DNA from: an uncultured Gemmatimonadales bacterium
GTDB taxonomy: Bacteria; Gemmatimonadota; Gemmatimonadetes; Gemmatimonadales; GWC2-71-9
NCBI GenBank assembly: GCA_963821525.1
Contig: CAWGED010000019.1
Location: 544,001-608,000, forward strand
Length of the DNA: 64,000 nt
Direction of reading: 5' to 3'
Shown: piece by piece, positions 20,805 to 30,316 of the stretch
Numbering within the stretch: position 1 is the stretch's first letter
Layout of the letters: each line of letters begins with the position of its first letter
The notes under the pieces: generated by a model
Told to the model about the DNA's origin: nothing
Databases searched by the model: none
Seen by the model: the letters and a program-made list of their open reading frames with translations, nothing else
Translations under genes and position numbers: made by a program

Positions 20805-23450
20805 ATGAGTCCTGGAATGGAGCGACTCACCACAGCCCTCGCTGACCGCTACCGCATCGAGCGGGAGTTGGGCCATGGTGGCATGGCGACCGTGTACCTG
20901 GCCTATGACCTCCGGCACGATCGCAAGGTGGCAATCAAGGTTCTCCGTCCCGAGCTGGCAGCGCTGATCGGGGCCGACCGGTTCCTGGCCGAGATCAAGA
21001 CCACGGCCAACCTGCAGCATCCGCACATCCTGCCCCTGCATGACTCGGGAGAAGCGGGCTCCGCCCTCTTCTACGTGATGCCGTACGTCGAGGGTGAGTC
21101 GCTCCGCGACCGGCTCAACCGGGAGAAGCAGCTTCCTATTCCCGACGCGGTACGGATCGCCACCGAAATCGCGAGCGCGCTCGATTACGCCCATCGCCAC
21201 GGGGTGATCCACCGGGACATCAAGCCAGAGAACATCCTGCTGCACGACGGCACCGCCCTGGTCGCCGACTTCGGAATCGCGCTCGCGGCCAGCAAGGCAA
21301 GCGGCAGCCGGATGACCGAGACCGGGATGAGCCTCGGCACACCGCACTACATGAGTCCCGAGCAGGCGATGGGCGAGCGGGAGATCAACGCCCGCTCCGA
21401 TGTCTACGCCCTGGGCGCCGTCGCCTATGAAATGCTCACCGGAGACCCGCCCTTCACCGGCTCTACCGCTCAGGCCATCGTTGCCCGGGTCCTGACCGAG
21501 AGCCCGCGAAGTCTGACCGCCCAGCGCCATACCATCCCTGCCGCGGTCGAGAGTGCGGTGCTCACAGCGCTGGAGAAGCTGCCGGCGGACCGGTTTGGAT
21601 CCGCGGCCGAGTTTGCCGCGGCGTTCCGCGGCGAGGGGACCAGGGAACACCTGACCGAAAGGGCGGCACGGCACCTGCCCGCTGCGGGCCCCAGGTCCTC
21701 GCGGCTGCTGCGGATCGCGATGTTTGCCGCGGGACTGATCACGCTATTGATGGCGGGTTATTTCCTGGGTCACAAGAAAGTCCCATCCCGTCCGCTCCGC
21801 GCCAGCCTGCCCCCTCCACCGGGCTGCGAGTTTCAAGATGTAGGATCCACCAATCTGGTCCAGCTTTCTCCCGACGGCAGCATGTTGGCCTTCGTGGCTG
21901 CTTGCGGGGAGGAGGTCGGGTTATGGATCCGGAGCCTGGTGAGCGGAGACGTTCGGATGTTGGCCGGTACCACCGACGCCGCGTACCCATTCTGGGCGCC
22001 CGACGGTCGAAGCTTGGGCTTTTTCGCTCCCAACAAGCTCAAGCGGGTGGACCTGCAGAGCGGCGCGGTTCGAGACTTAGCCAGTCTCGTGGCCGGCAGA
22101 GGCGGAAGCTGGAGCCCGACCGGCGTCATTCTCTATACCCCGGACATCACGGGGCCGATCTACCGGATCCCGGCCGAAGGGGGAACCCCGGAGCCGGCTA
22201 CGGCCATCGCCGACGACTCGACCGGCATCACCCACCGGATACCCTACTTTCTTCCCGATGGGCGCAGCTTCCTCTTCACCCAGGGATTTCTCAATGGGAA
22301 CGAGGGGGCGCTACGAGTCGGCAAGCTGGGATCAACCGAGAGCCACATCGTGGCCGATTTTCCGAGCAATGTAGCCTATGCAGCAGGTCGGCTTCTATAC
22401 GTCAAGGACGGTTTGCTGATGGCGCAGCGCTTCGATGCCGGCAAGGCCAAGCTGAGCGGTAGTGCCGTCAGCCTGATTCCCGGGCTCGAGACCTGGCCAT
22501 TCCGGTACCTTGGGAACTTCTCGATCTCCTCGAGCGACTTGCTGGTCTACGAGCCGGCCCCCATCAACCGCGCGCGCGTAGTCTGGTTCGATCCGCGCTC
22601 GGGAGGTGTGGCGTCGGTTCTCGAGCCTGGGCCCTACCGTCTGGTCAGGGTCTCTCCGAAGGGTGACAGAATCCTGGTCGAGCGAGCCGAACGTGACAGC
22701 CCGCAGTTCGATCTCTGGGTATATGAGTCAGCCGGGCAGGCCTGGACCCGAGTGACTTCACATCCGGACCTGTACTACGACTTTGCCTGGTCGCCTGATG
22801 GTGCGCAGATCGGATATGGTGCCGCCAACGATTCCTCGGCGCACATCATCAGCCTCGACCGGACGATCTCGAGGGAAATCAACGTGAAGGGGAAGAATGT
22901 CCAGGCGATGATGGATTGGTCACCCGACGGGTCATTCCTGGTTGGACAGCGCCAGGTCGCGACGACTGGATTCGACCTTGTGATCATCCCCTTGAGCGGC
23001 AACTCTGAACCGCGGGTGCTCTATTCGACCCCCGGGAACGACAATGCGCCCCGCCTTTCTCCCGACGGGAAGCTGCTCGCCTACGTCTCGTCCCAGAGCG
23101 GGAGACCCGAGGTGTACGTGACCCGGATGCCGGATGCCAAGGCACACTGGCAAGTGTCTTCCGGAGGGAGCTCCATCCTGAGCGGATTTCGCGGTGCCCT
23201 GGCTTGGGGAAGGAGCGGACGAGAGCTTTACTTTCTGAACGCGGAGGGTCAGCTGATGTCGGCTATCATCACCGACCAGAATGGGTTACAGATCGGTCGG
23301 CCGGTTTCCTACCCAGCGGCGCCCAAGCATATCCTCACCTTCGATATCGGGCCGGACGGACGGTTGCTTCTGGTCTGCGATGACGCACCGGGCCAGATTC
23401 CGTTAGCCCTGGTCGAGCATTGGCCGGCCCTCCTCGAGCAGGCGCACTAG
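20805..23450 (+). CDS. Ser/Thr kinase K5: kinase + TM + beta-propeller
   Basis: Kinase motifs, a TM, SPDG/WAPDG repeats and C-terminal LALVEHW. ATG 20805 is in frame with ORF 20742. Confidence 0.93.
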   Translation: MSPGMERLTTALADRYRIERELGHGGMATVYLAYDLRHDRKVAIKVLRPELAALIGADRFLAEIKTTANLQHPHILPLHDSGEAGSALFYVMPYVEGESLRDRLNREKQLPIPDAVRIATEIASALDYAHRHGVIHRDIKPENILLHDGTALVADFGIALAASKASGSRMTETGMSLGTPHYMSPEQAMGEREINARSDVYALGAVAYEMLTGDPPFTGSTAQAIVARVLTESPRSLTAQRHTIPAAVESAVLTALEKLPADRFGSAAEFAAAFRGEGTREHLTERAARHLPAAGPRSSRLLRIAMFAAGLITLLMAGYFLGHKKVPSRPLRASLPPPPGCEFQDVGSTNLVQLSPDGSMLAFVAACGEEVGLWIRSLVSGDVRMLAGTTDAAYPFWAPDGRSLGFFAPNKLKRVDLQSGAVRDLASLVAGRGGSWSPTGVILYTPDITGPIYRIPAEGGTPEPATAIADDSTGITHRIPYFLPDGRSFLFTQGFLNGNEGALRVGKLGSTESHIVADFPSNVAYAAGRLLYVKDGLLMAQRFDAGKAKLSGSAVSLIPGLETWPFRYLGNFSISSSDLLVYEPAPINRARVVWFDPRSGGVASVLEPGPYRLVRVSPKGDRILVERAERDSPQFDLWVYESAGQAWTRVTSHPDLYYDFAWSPDGAQIGYGAANDSSAHIISLDRTISREINVKGKNVQAMMDWSPDGSFLVGQRQVATTGFDLVIIPLSGNSEPRVLYSTPGNDNAPRLSPDGKLLAYVSSQSGRPEVYVTRMPDAKAHWQVSSGGSSILSGFRGALAWGRSGRELYFLNAEGQLMSAIITDQNGLQIGRPVSYPAAPKHILTFDIGPDGRLLLVCDDAPGQIPLALVEHWPALLEQAH

Positions 23451-23492
23451 CAACCGGCCGGCCTTGTTATTCGAGCAGCACGGAGTAGAACC

Positions 23493-23729
23493 GTGGCATA
23501 CCGTCGCTTTACCGATCCTGAAGGAAACGAGTGGGAAGTCCGCGATTTCTCGAAGACGGCCTGGGAATTCCACCCGGTGGCCGGAAACCCGGGCAAGATT
23601 ACCCGGATCGATCCGCCGGGCTATGAATCCGATCCCTTCGAGATGAGCGAAGAGGAGCTCCAGCGTTTGCTGGGGCGATCCGGGGGCACCGGCCCATCCC
23701 GTTCCACCAAATCGCCCTTCAAGGACTGA
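23493..23729 (+). CDS. Small hypothetical protein (78 aa)
   Basis: Plausible ORF (YRRFTDPEGNEWEVRD...MSEEELQRLL) fills the intergenic gap, with a GGAG RBS upstream. Confidence 0.65.
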   Translation: MAYRRFTDPEGNEWEVRDFSKTAWEFHPVAGNPGKITRIDPPGYESDPFEMSEEELQRLLGRSGGTGPSRSTKSPFKD

Positions 23730-23768
23730 TCCTCATCTCTCGAACACGTTAGCGCAGGAGCAGCCTTC

Positions 23769-24056
23769 ATGTGCCGTAATATCAGAACGCTCTACCATTT
23801 CGATCCGCCGGTGACGACCGAGGAAGTCCGCGCGGCTTCGCTCCAGTTCGTCCGCAAGGTCAGCGGATTCACTAAGCCCTCCGCGGCGAACCAGGAGGCG
23901 TTTGACCGTGCGGTCCATGAGGTGTCGCACACCGTGCAGCACCTGCTGGATTCCCTGGTGACCACCGCACCTCCCAAGAACCGGGAAGCCGAGGCGGAGA
24001 AGCACCGGGCCCGATCCGCGAAGCGTTTCCCCGAGCGGCAGCAGAGGGTTGGGTAG
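23769..24056 (+). CDS. DUF2277 family protein
   Basis: MCRNIRTLYHFDPPVTTEEVRAASLQFVRKVSG matches the recognised DUF2277 signature. AGGAG RBS. Confidence 0.85.
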   Translation: MCRNIRTLYHFDPPVTTEEVRAASLQFVRKVSGFTKPSAANQEAFDRAVHEVSHTVQHLLDSLVTTAPPKNREAEAEKHRARSAKRFPERQQRVG

Positions 24057-24095
24057 TTCCAAAACAGCGGGAACGGGAAGGAGAAGCAAGAGGGC

Positions 24096-24199
24096 CACCT
24101 CATCGCGAGGACACCCCGAGCAAAGCGAGGGAGATCGAGGGATCTACTCCATGGACCCGAGTGGGACAGTAGGTCCCACGCTACGCTCGGGATGAGGTG
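24096..24199. repeat. REP-like palindromic element, degenerate copy of 9011-9102
   Basis: CACCTCATC...CCCGAGCAAAGCGAGGGA ... TAGGTCCCACGCTACGCTCGGGATGAGGTG. Confidence 0.75.
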
Positions 24200-24277
24200 C
24201 TTACACCGGTGCATTCCGCAGTTCCCTTTACTGTCCCCAATCACGTTCTACATCACTTCCACTCACGGTCTGTCCGC

Positions 24278-25187
24278 ATGCTCCGACCTCTCCCTGTCTG
24301 CCTCGGCCTCCTGCTCCTCGCCGCGGCTCCGACCGCCCACGCTCAGGTAGGTGGCATCGTCAAGAAGGCCACCGGTCAAGTCACACAAAAGAAGACCGAC
24401 TCGACCTCTGCACCGGCGGCCAAGCCCAAGTGTGATCCTTCCTCTATAGTGATCACCAATGACGTCGTGGACCGTTATCTCAAATCCCTCTCGGCGCGGG
24501 AGGCGGCGTTCCAGAAGCTGGCCAAGGAGCCGGGAACCACCGGTCAGCTACTACTCTGCCATTCTCAAGCGCCAGGCGATCCAGAAACGGAAGGATGAGT
24601 TCGAGCAGCAGCAGGGGCCGGACTTCGCCAAGTACGAGGCAATCCAGAAGCGGCTCGCGGCAGGAGATACGACCGCCGTTCAGGACCAGGTCGCCTTGTT
24701 CGCGTCGATGGACGCGAGTTCGGTGCCGCTTCCCCAGCTCGACTGGCAGTCTCAGCAGAACGCGAGCGCTACCATGGACAGCACCATGCGTACGGCCGGC
24801 GCGTTTAGTCCCTGTGACTGGCAAGACGTCGGCGAGCGTATGCCGCGCCTGGTCCAGATCCTCGCACAGGACCCCAATGCGACCAACTTTCAGGGCTACG
24901 GAACCTCGAAAGAAGCCGCAGCAGTGCAACCCAAGGTTCCCCAGCTGGCTTCCCTGCTCCACATCAGCCTCGCCTCAGAGGAGCGCGCCAAGAAGCAGGC
25001 GCCAGCCGCTGCGACCCAACCGGCCTCGAGCGGAGACCCTCAGATGGATTGCATGGCCAAGGCCCAGGCCGACTGGTCAAAGAAGCATCAGGCCGAGTTG
25101 GAGGCCGCCTCCAAGGCTCAGGACATGAACACCATCATGAAGCTGAACAGTGAGCTTCAGACCGAGATGGCGAAGTGTTCGCAGTAG
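24278..25187 (+). CDS. Secreted hypothetical protein, one frameshift near 24545
   Basis: Signal peptide MLRPLPVCLGLLLLAAAPTAHA. ORF 24197 continues into ORF 24459 after a frameshift. Confidence 0.65.
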
Positions 25188-26080
25188 CGGGAAGGGCACG
25201 CTTCGCTGCGCTACTCACCGTTCTCGTGGGCGGCACGGGCTCCCCTGCCCCGCCGCTTGCGGTAGTTAGTCCGAATGGATCCACCGCGCTGGCGGAGATT
25301 TCGAGGGGCGACGCCGCACGCGATGCGACATGGAAAGCGGCGCAACCCGGTCTCGAGTGGACCGAGCTCAACCTGAGTGGCCGAGGAGAGGCCCGTCGAA
25401 TCCGGGTGATCGCGGCACGACTCGACCCGGCTCGCTTCAGGCTGTCGCTCGAGAACGGGATGGCACCCGGCGGATTTCTCAATGTCTGGACCCTGGACAT
25501 GGCTCCGTCAGGGGCGGCGCTCGCGCTCAATGCTGGGATGTTTGCGGGTGATGGGGCCTGGGGGTGGGTGGTGCATGACGGTACCGAGTACCGAGTACCG
25601 CGTACGGGCCGGTTGGCTCGCGCGGTCGTGGTCGACACGTCGGGGGCGGTGAGGTTGTTGGATGATGAGGGAGTCAGGGCGGTCAGGGCGGACAGGGCGG
25701 TCAGGGAGGCCTTCCAGTCCTACCCTCTCCTGCTCGAGCACGGCGAACTCCCCGCTGCGCTCACTACCCAGGGGAAAGACCTCGATCTGCAGCATCGCGA
25801 CGCGCGCCTCGCGCTCGGAGTCGACGATCGCGGCAGGCTCATCATCGCCTTGACCCGGTTTGATGTTCTGGGCCCCTCGTTCGGCTCGATCCCATTCGGG
25901 TTAACCATTCCAGAGACCGCGATTCTCATGCGCGCTCTGGGAGCAGAATCGGCCGTGGCCCTCGACGGCGGCATCTCAGCGCAGTTACTGCTTCGCGATG
26001 CCGCTGGCGAGACTCACCAGTGGCCGGGCCTGCGTTCTGTGCCCCTTGGGCTGAGTGCGGTCCCGGTGGAGAACCAGTAG
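25175..26080 (+). CDS. Phosphodiester glycosidase (NAGPA-like) family protein
   Basis: ALNAGMF, QSYPLLL, ARLALG and ALDGGIS (LDGGxS-like) motifs. Confidence 0.7.
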   Translation: MFAVAGRARFAALLTVLVGGTGSPAPPLAVVSPNGSTALAEISRGDAARDATWKAAQPGLEWTELNLSGRGEARRIRVIAARLDPARFRLSLENGMAPGGFLNVWTLDMAPSGAALALNAGMFAGDGAWGWVVHDGTEYRVPRTGRLARAVVVDTSGAVRLLDDEGVRAVRADRAVREAFQSYPLLLEHGELPAALTTQGKDLDLQHRDARLALGVDDRGRLIIALTRFDVLGPSFGSIPFGLTIPETAILMRALGAESAVALDGGISAQLLLRDAAGETHQWPGLRSVPLGLSAVPVENQ

Positions 26081-26098
26081 ATCCTACCTCTACTGCAG

Positions 26099-27213
26099 TC
26101 ACGCCGTATAAGGAAACCGTCGCTTGAGCCGATTGATCGGCGCCTCATACCAGTGCCACGACATCGCCGCCAGGGCGATGGAGATTGTGCTGAAAACCAG
26201 GAAAATCCCCGGATTACGAGTCGGATAGGGGAGTCCTGCGGGGCTGGTCAGCCGATACAACAGGTCGGGCACGAAGAGGTGGATCAGGTACACACCGTAG
26301 CTGATGCGTCCTAGATAGACCAGTGGTCTGAAGCTGAGTATCCGACCCGCCGTGCCGCCGACACCGCGGGCCGCACGGTCGATCACCCAAACTCCGAGGA
26401 ATGCCCAGGCGGTTGTTTCGAACCCGAGCCGCAGCCAATCGGCTCGGGGCCACCAGCCAGTCGCACCACTGAACCAGGTTACCAGGGCCACCGGAATGGC
26501 CAGGAGCGCCACCCGGTCCACCTGTCCTCGATATCGACAGAGTTTCAGCTGAAGGTCGGGTGTAAATCCAGGCCAACCAGGCGCCCGCACCGAGGCTGTC
26601 GAAGGAAGCCGGTAACAGGGTCTGCAAGGCGATCCAGTTGAGTCCACCAAGGTATCCAGCCATTCGGAACAGCGGGCCGGTGAGTACGAAGGCAAGCGAT
26701 CACCGTTCGGAGGTGGCGACGAGGGACCAGCAGCATCAGGAGTGGCCAGATCAGGTAGAACTGTTCTTCGACGCTCAAGGACCAGAGATGTGCGGTCGTC
26801 GGAGGCCACTGATTCTCGATCGCGAAAAGAATGTTGGAACCGTACGCCAGGTGCCAAACGATCCCCGATCGGACATCGGGGAAGCCCAGGGCCCAGGTTA
26901 CGGCGAGAACGAGATAATAGATCGGGAAGATGCGGAGGAATCGTCTGATGTAGAACCGTCGGATGGCGAGGCCGGTTCCACGCCCAGAGTCTTCGACCAG
27001 CGCGCGGGAGCGGAGCAGGATACCGGTGATCAGAAACCCGCTCAGGACAAAGAACAGGTGGACCCCGCGAGCGCCCAGATCCAAGCCTGGCTGCAGCTCG
27101 GGCCAGAAATGGCGAATCAGGACCGCGGTGACGGCGAAGGCGCGCAGTGTATCGAGCTGATCGAGGTGCTCGCCGCTGCCCTCGCCCAGCGCACCGAGCG
27201 GGGTGACCGACAC
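26099..27213 (-). CDS. Acyltransferase-3 (OafA/YrhL-like) membrane O-acyltransferase, frameshifted
   Basis: LDTLRAFAV, GVHLFFVLSGFLIT, FYIRRFLRIFP, HLWSLSVEEQFY and LGRISYGVYLIH spread across three frames. Confidence 0.88.
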
Positions 27214-27367
27214 TTGGAAGCTTCCTTTATGAATGGGGGCCGAGTCCGGGCTGCAGGTGCTCGCTGCCGACCTGCCGGGGGATTACGTTAGCGTTCCACC
27301 GCCAGCGCCAATTTCTCAGATCTCAGGCTTAGGGCAAGGCCTGACGCTTCAGGACCAGGGGGATTCC

Positions 27368-29392
27368 ATGTTCCGTCGGATTGTCGGCTGCCTCTGGATC
27401 GCGACTCTAACCGTCGCACCGGCCGCCGCGCAGCAGCCATTTACCCTCGAGCATTTTCGGAAGTTCGTGGGCGTGGGCGGGGTGGAGCTGAGTCCCGATG
27501 GCCGGACCGCGGTGATCACCGTAGGCCGCCCCAACTATGATGCGGACAAGAACGAGACCGACCTCTATGCGGTGGACGTCGCCACCGGCACTCAGCGGCA
27601 GCTAACCTTCGGCCGCCACACCGCCGGCGGAGGCAAGTTCGCGCCCGACGGGAAGACTCTGGCTTTCCTCGCTCCAGACAGCACGGGAGAGAACCAGATC
27701 TGGCTGCTCCCGATGAATGGAGGCGAGGCGCGGCGACTCACGGCGCATCGTACCGGGGTGGAGCACTTCAGCTGGCGGCCCGATAGCCGCGCGATCGCCT
27801 ACGCGGCGGCGGACAGCGTACCGGCGCGGGAGGGCGAAGCGAAGCATCTCACCACCTTCCAAGTCGGCGCCCAGGATCTGTTCCTGAGGGAAAACATCCA
27901 GTCCCAGCATATCTGGCTGGTCAACACCGACAGCGCGACTCCCCGGCGCCTTACCAGCGGCACCTGGTCGCTCGAGTTCGTGCTGCCGCCGAGCAGTCCG
28001 CCGTCGGCGCTCAACTGGTCACCCGACGGGAGCGAGATTGCGTTCGTCGCGGTGGTAGCTCCGGAAAGCGGCAAGCTCGATTCGGTTCACGTTCAAATCC
28101 TGAATGTGGCGACCGGCGCTATCCGCTCTCTCACCGAAGCGCGCCGGTTCGAGAACAATCCGGTTTTCTCACCGGACGGCTCGACCATCGCGTATTGGTA
28201 CCCGCGCGAAGGGCGCGGAGACCTGGTCTGGGAGAATGAGGTCTGGGTGGCGCCCGCCAAGGGGGGAGCAGGGCGGAGCCTGACTCGCACGCTCGACCGA
28301 AATCTGTTCGGCGCGCAGTGGATGCCCGACGGGAAATCGCTGCTGATCGCGGGGAATGATCGCACCAGCGTCGGTGCGTGGATTCAGCCGCTCGACGGGC
28401 CGGCGCGCCGTCTCGACCTGGGCGATCTCGTGATCAACGGCGCCTTCGGTTACGACATCGCCGTCGCGGAGAAGAGTCCGGTCATCGCCTTTACCGCGAC
28501 CGCGCCCAACCGTCCCTCGGAGTTGTATGTAATGGATTCGCCGACCGCGAAGCCGCGGCGGCTGACCGATTTCAATGCCTGGGCCAAGGACGTTGCGTGG
28601 GGCGGAATGGAGCGAGTCACCTGGAAGTCTGACGCCTTCGAGTCGGACGGCGTCCTGGTATTGCCGCCGGGATATTCCAAGTCAAAGCAATATCCTCTCG
28701 TACTGCTGGTTCACGGTGGGCCGCAGTCGGCGTCCAAGCTGCAGTTCTCCGCCCTCGCTCAACTGATGGCGGCGCAGGGCTGGGTCGTGTTCCAGCCCAA
28801 CTACCGCGGCAGCGACAACCTCGGCAACGAGTACATGGGCGCCATCGTCGGCGACGCCGGTGCGGGTCCTGGACGGGACGTCATGGCCGGCGTCGCCATG
28901 CTGCGGAAACGATCCTACGTAGATCCCAAGCGCACTGCGGTCACCGGCTGGTCCTACGGTGGCTACATGACCAGTTGGCTGATCTCCAACTACCCGGAGG
29001 AATGGCAGGCCGCGATGGCCGGGGCGCCCGTCACCAGCTGGGAAGACCAGTACAACTACGGCGACGGGAGCATCACGGTCCGCTATCTGTTCGGCGGCTC
29101 ACCTTGGACGGATGGTCGGATCCAGGCGTACCGGGATCAGTCACCCATCACGTACGCGACGAAGATCAAGACTCCCACCCTCGTCATGTCCAACATGGAA
29201 GACTTCCGGGTTCCGCCGACCCAGGCCTTCATGCTGTATCGCGCGATGAAGGACAATGGAGTCGAGACCGAGTTCATCGGGTTCAGAGGAAGGACCCACG
29301 CCTCGGCCGACCCGGTCAACTCCAGAGAGCGGGCTCGGCTCTGGGTGGACTGGGTGAAGCGGCATCTGCCGGGGACGAGTACCGTCCCGTAG
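27368..29392 (+). CDS. S9-family serine peptidase (acylaminoacyl/dipeptidyl aminopeptidase-like) with PD40 propeller
   Basis: Signal peptide, SPDG repeats, VHGGP, NYRGS, nucleophile GWSYGG, D(FRVP) and the catalytic-His region. Confidence 0.92.
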   Translation: MFRRIVGCLWIATLTVAPAAAQQPFTLEHFRKFVGVGGVELSPDGRTAVITVGRPNYDADKNETDLYAVDVATGTQRQLTFGRHTAGGGKFAPDGKTLAFLAPDSTGENQIWLLPMNGGEARRLTAHRTGVEHFSWRPDSRAIAYAAADSVPAREGEAKHLTTFQVGAQDLFLRENIQSQHIWLVNTDSATPRRLTSGTWSLEFVLPPSSPPSALNWSPDGSEIAFVAVVAPESGKLDSVHVQILNVATGAIRSLTEARRFENNPVFSPDGSTIAYWYPREGRGDLVWENEVWVAPAKGGAGRSLTRTLDRNLFGAQWMPDGKSLLIAGNDRTSVGAWIQPLDGPARRLDLGDLVINGAFGYDIAVAEKSPVIAFTATAPNRPSELYVMDSPTAKPRRLTDFNAWAKDVAWGGMERVTWKSDAFESDGVLVLPPGYSKSKQYPLVLLVHGGPQSASKLQFSALAQLMAAQGWVVFQPNYRGSDNLGNEYMGAIVGDAGAGPGRDVMAGVAMLRKRSYVDPKRTAVTGWSYGGYMTSWLISNYPEEWQAAMAGAPVTSWEDQYNYGDGSITVRYLFGGSPWTDGRIQAYRDQSPITYATKIKTPTLVMSNMEDFRVPPTQAFMLYRAMKDNGVETEFIGFRGRTHASADPVNSRERARLWVDWVKRHLPGTSTVP

Positions 29393-29524
29393 GGCCAGAC
29401 CAGACCTGTGTCCGAAGCTTCGCAGCGCCTGGCGTAGGAGATCCTGAAGAATCTCCGGCGGCAGACGCCAGCTTTGTAAGCCGTCGCATCCTCGCTGGAC
29501 CAACCAACCTCCGAGAGGCTTTCA

Positions 29525-30001
29525 ATGGCCGTGCTTCGATCTGCTTTGCCTACCACTATGGTGGCCGTAATCGCGGTGGCTCTAGGCTGCGGCAGCGACA
29601 GCTCCACCGAGCCCGCCGACCCCGTCGCCGTCGCGCGCACCCAGACCTACGACCGCATCAACCAGCTCCGGGCCCTCGTCGCGCTCCCGCCCCTCACGGT
29701 GTGGACCGGCGGAGAAGACTGCGCCGATGGACAAGCCTTTGCCGATTACACGGCGGACACGCCGCACAGCACGTTCGGTCAGTGTGGAGAATCGGCCCAG
29801 AACGAATGTCCGGGCTGGCTCGCGATCTCCCAGATTCCGACCGACTGCTTGCAGGCGATGTGGGATGAAGGGCCGGGAAGCGATCCCCAGACCCACGGGC
29901 ACTACATTAACTTGACCAACACCTCCTACCACCAGGTTGCGGTCGGATTCTACGTATCGCCGACCAACGTCGTCTGGGCGACGATGAACTTCGCGCCGTG
30001 A
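29525..30001 (+). CDS. CAP/SCP-like domain lipoprotein
   Basis: ALGC lipobox plus INQLRA..ALPPL, GHYINL and VAVG motifs resembling CAP domains. Confidence 0.65.
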   Translation: MAVLRSALPTTMVAVIAVALGCGSDSSTEPADPVAVARTQTYDRINQLRALVALPPLTVWTGGEDCADGQAFADYTADTPHSTFGQCGESAQNECPGWLAISQIPTDCLQAMWDEGPGSDPQTHGHYINLTNTSYHQVAVGFYVSPTNVVWATMNFAP

Positions 30002-30106
30002 GCGCAGCTGGCGTTACCTCTCGTTCAGCGTAGGACCTCCTGGGAACTCCCTCGGCAGTGTTCCGGTCGAAGCGGGACCGCTTCCCTGGGCACTGACAGG
30101 CGTGAA

Positions 30107-30175
30107 TTGATCCATCGCCTCCCTCGGCGCTCTCTGACCGATACCGGATCGAGAGGGAGCTGGCTCAGGTATGGC
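30107..30175 (+). pseudogene. Degenerate orphan kinase 5' stub
   Basis: ...GCGCTCTCTGACCGATACCGGATCGAGAGGGAGCTGGCTCAGGTATGGC resembles [18 protein letters not shown] and ends at the MITE. Confidence 0.8.
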
Positions 30176-30178
30176 ATC

Positions 30179-30288
30179 CCGGTCCGTCGCTAAAGCGAGA
30201 CTGGCTATTGTCGCTCAAGCCACATGATTTGGGACACAGGAGTCACTTCAGTGACACCAGCCGAGTCGCGGCTTCAGCCGCGGACCGG
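30179..30288 (+). mobile_element. Non-autonomous IS200-like element (left + right hairpin ends, no tnpA)
   Basis: Bounded by CCGGTCCG...CGGACCGG. Internal hairpins match, in reverse complement, the ends flanking tnpA at 46081-46124 and 46579-46619. Confidence 0.75.
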
Positions 30289-30316
30289 CTGCTGGGCTCC
30301 AACCACCCGGAGCGCG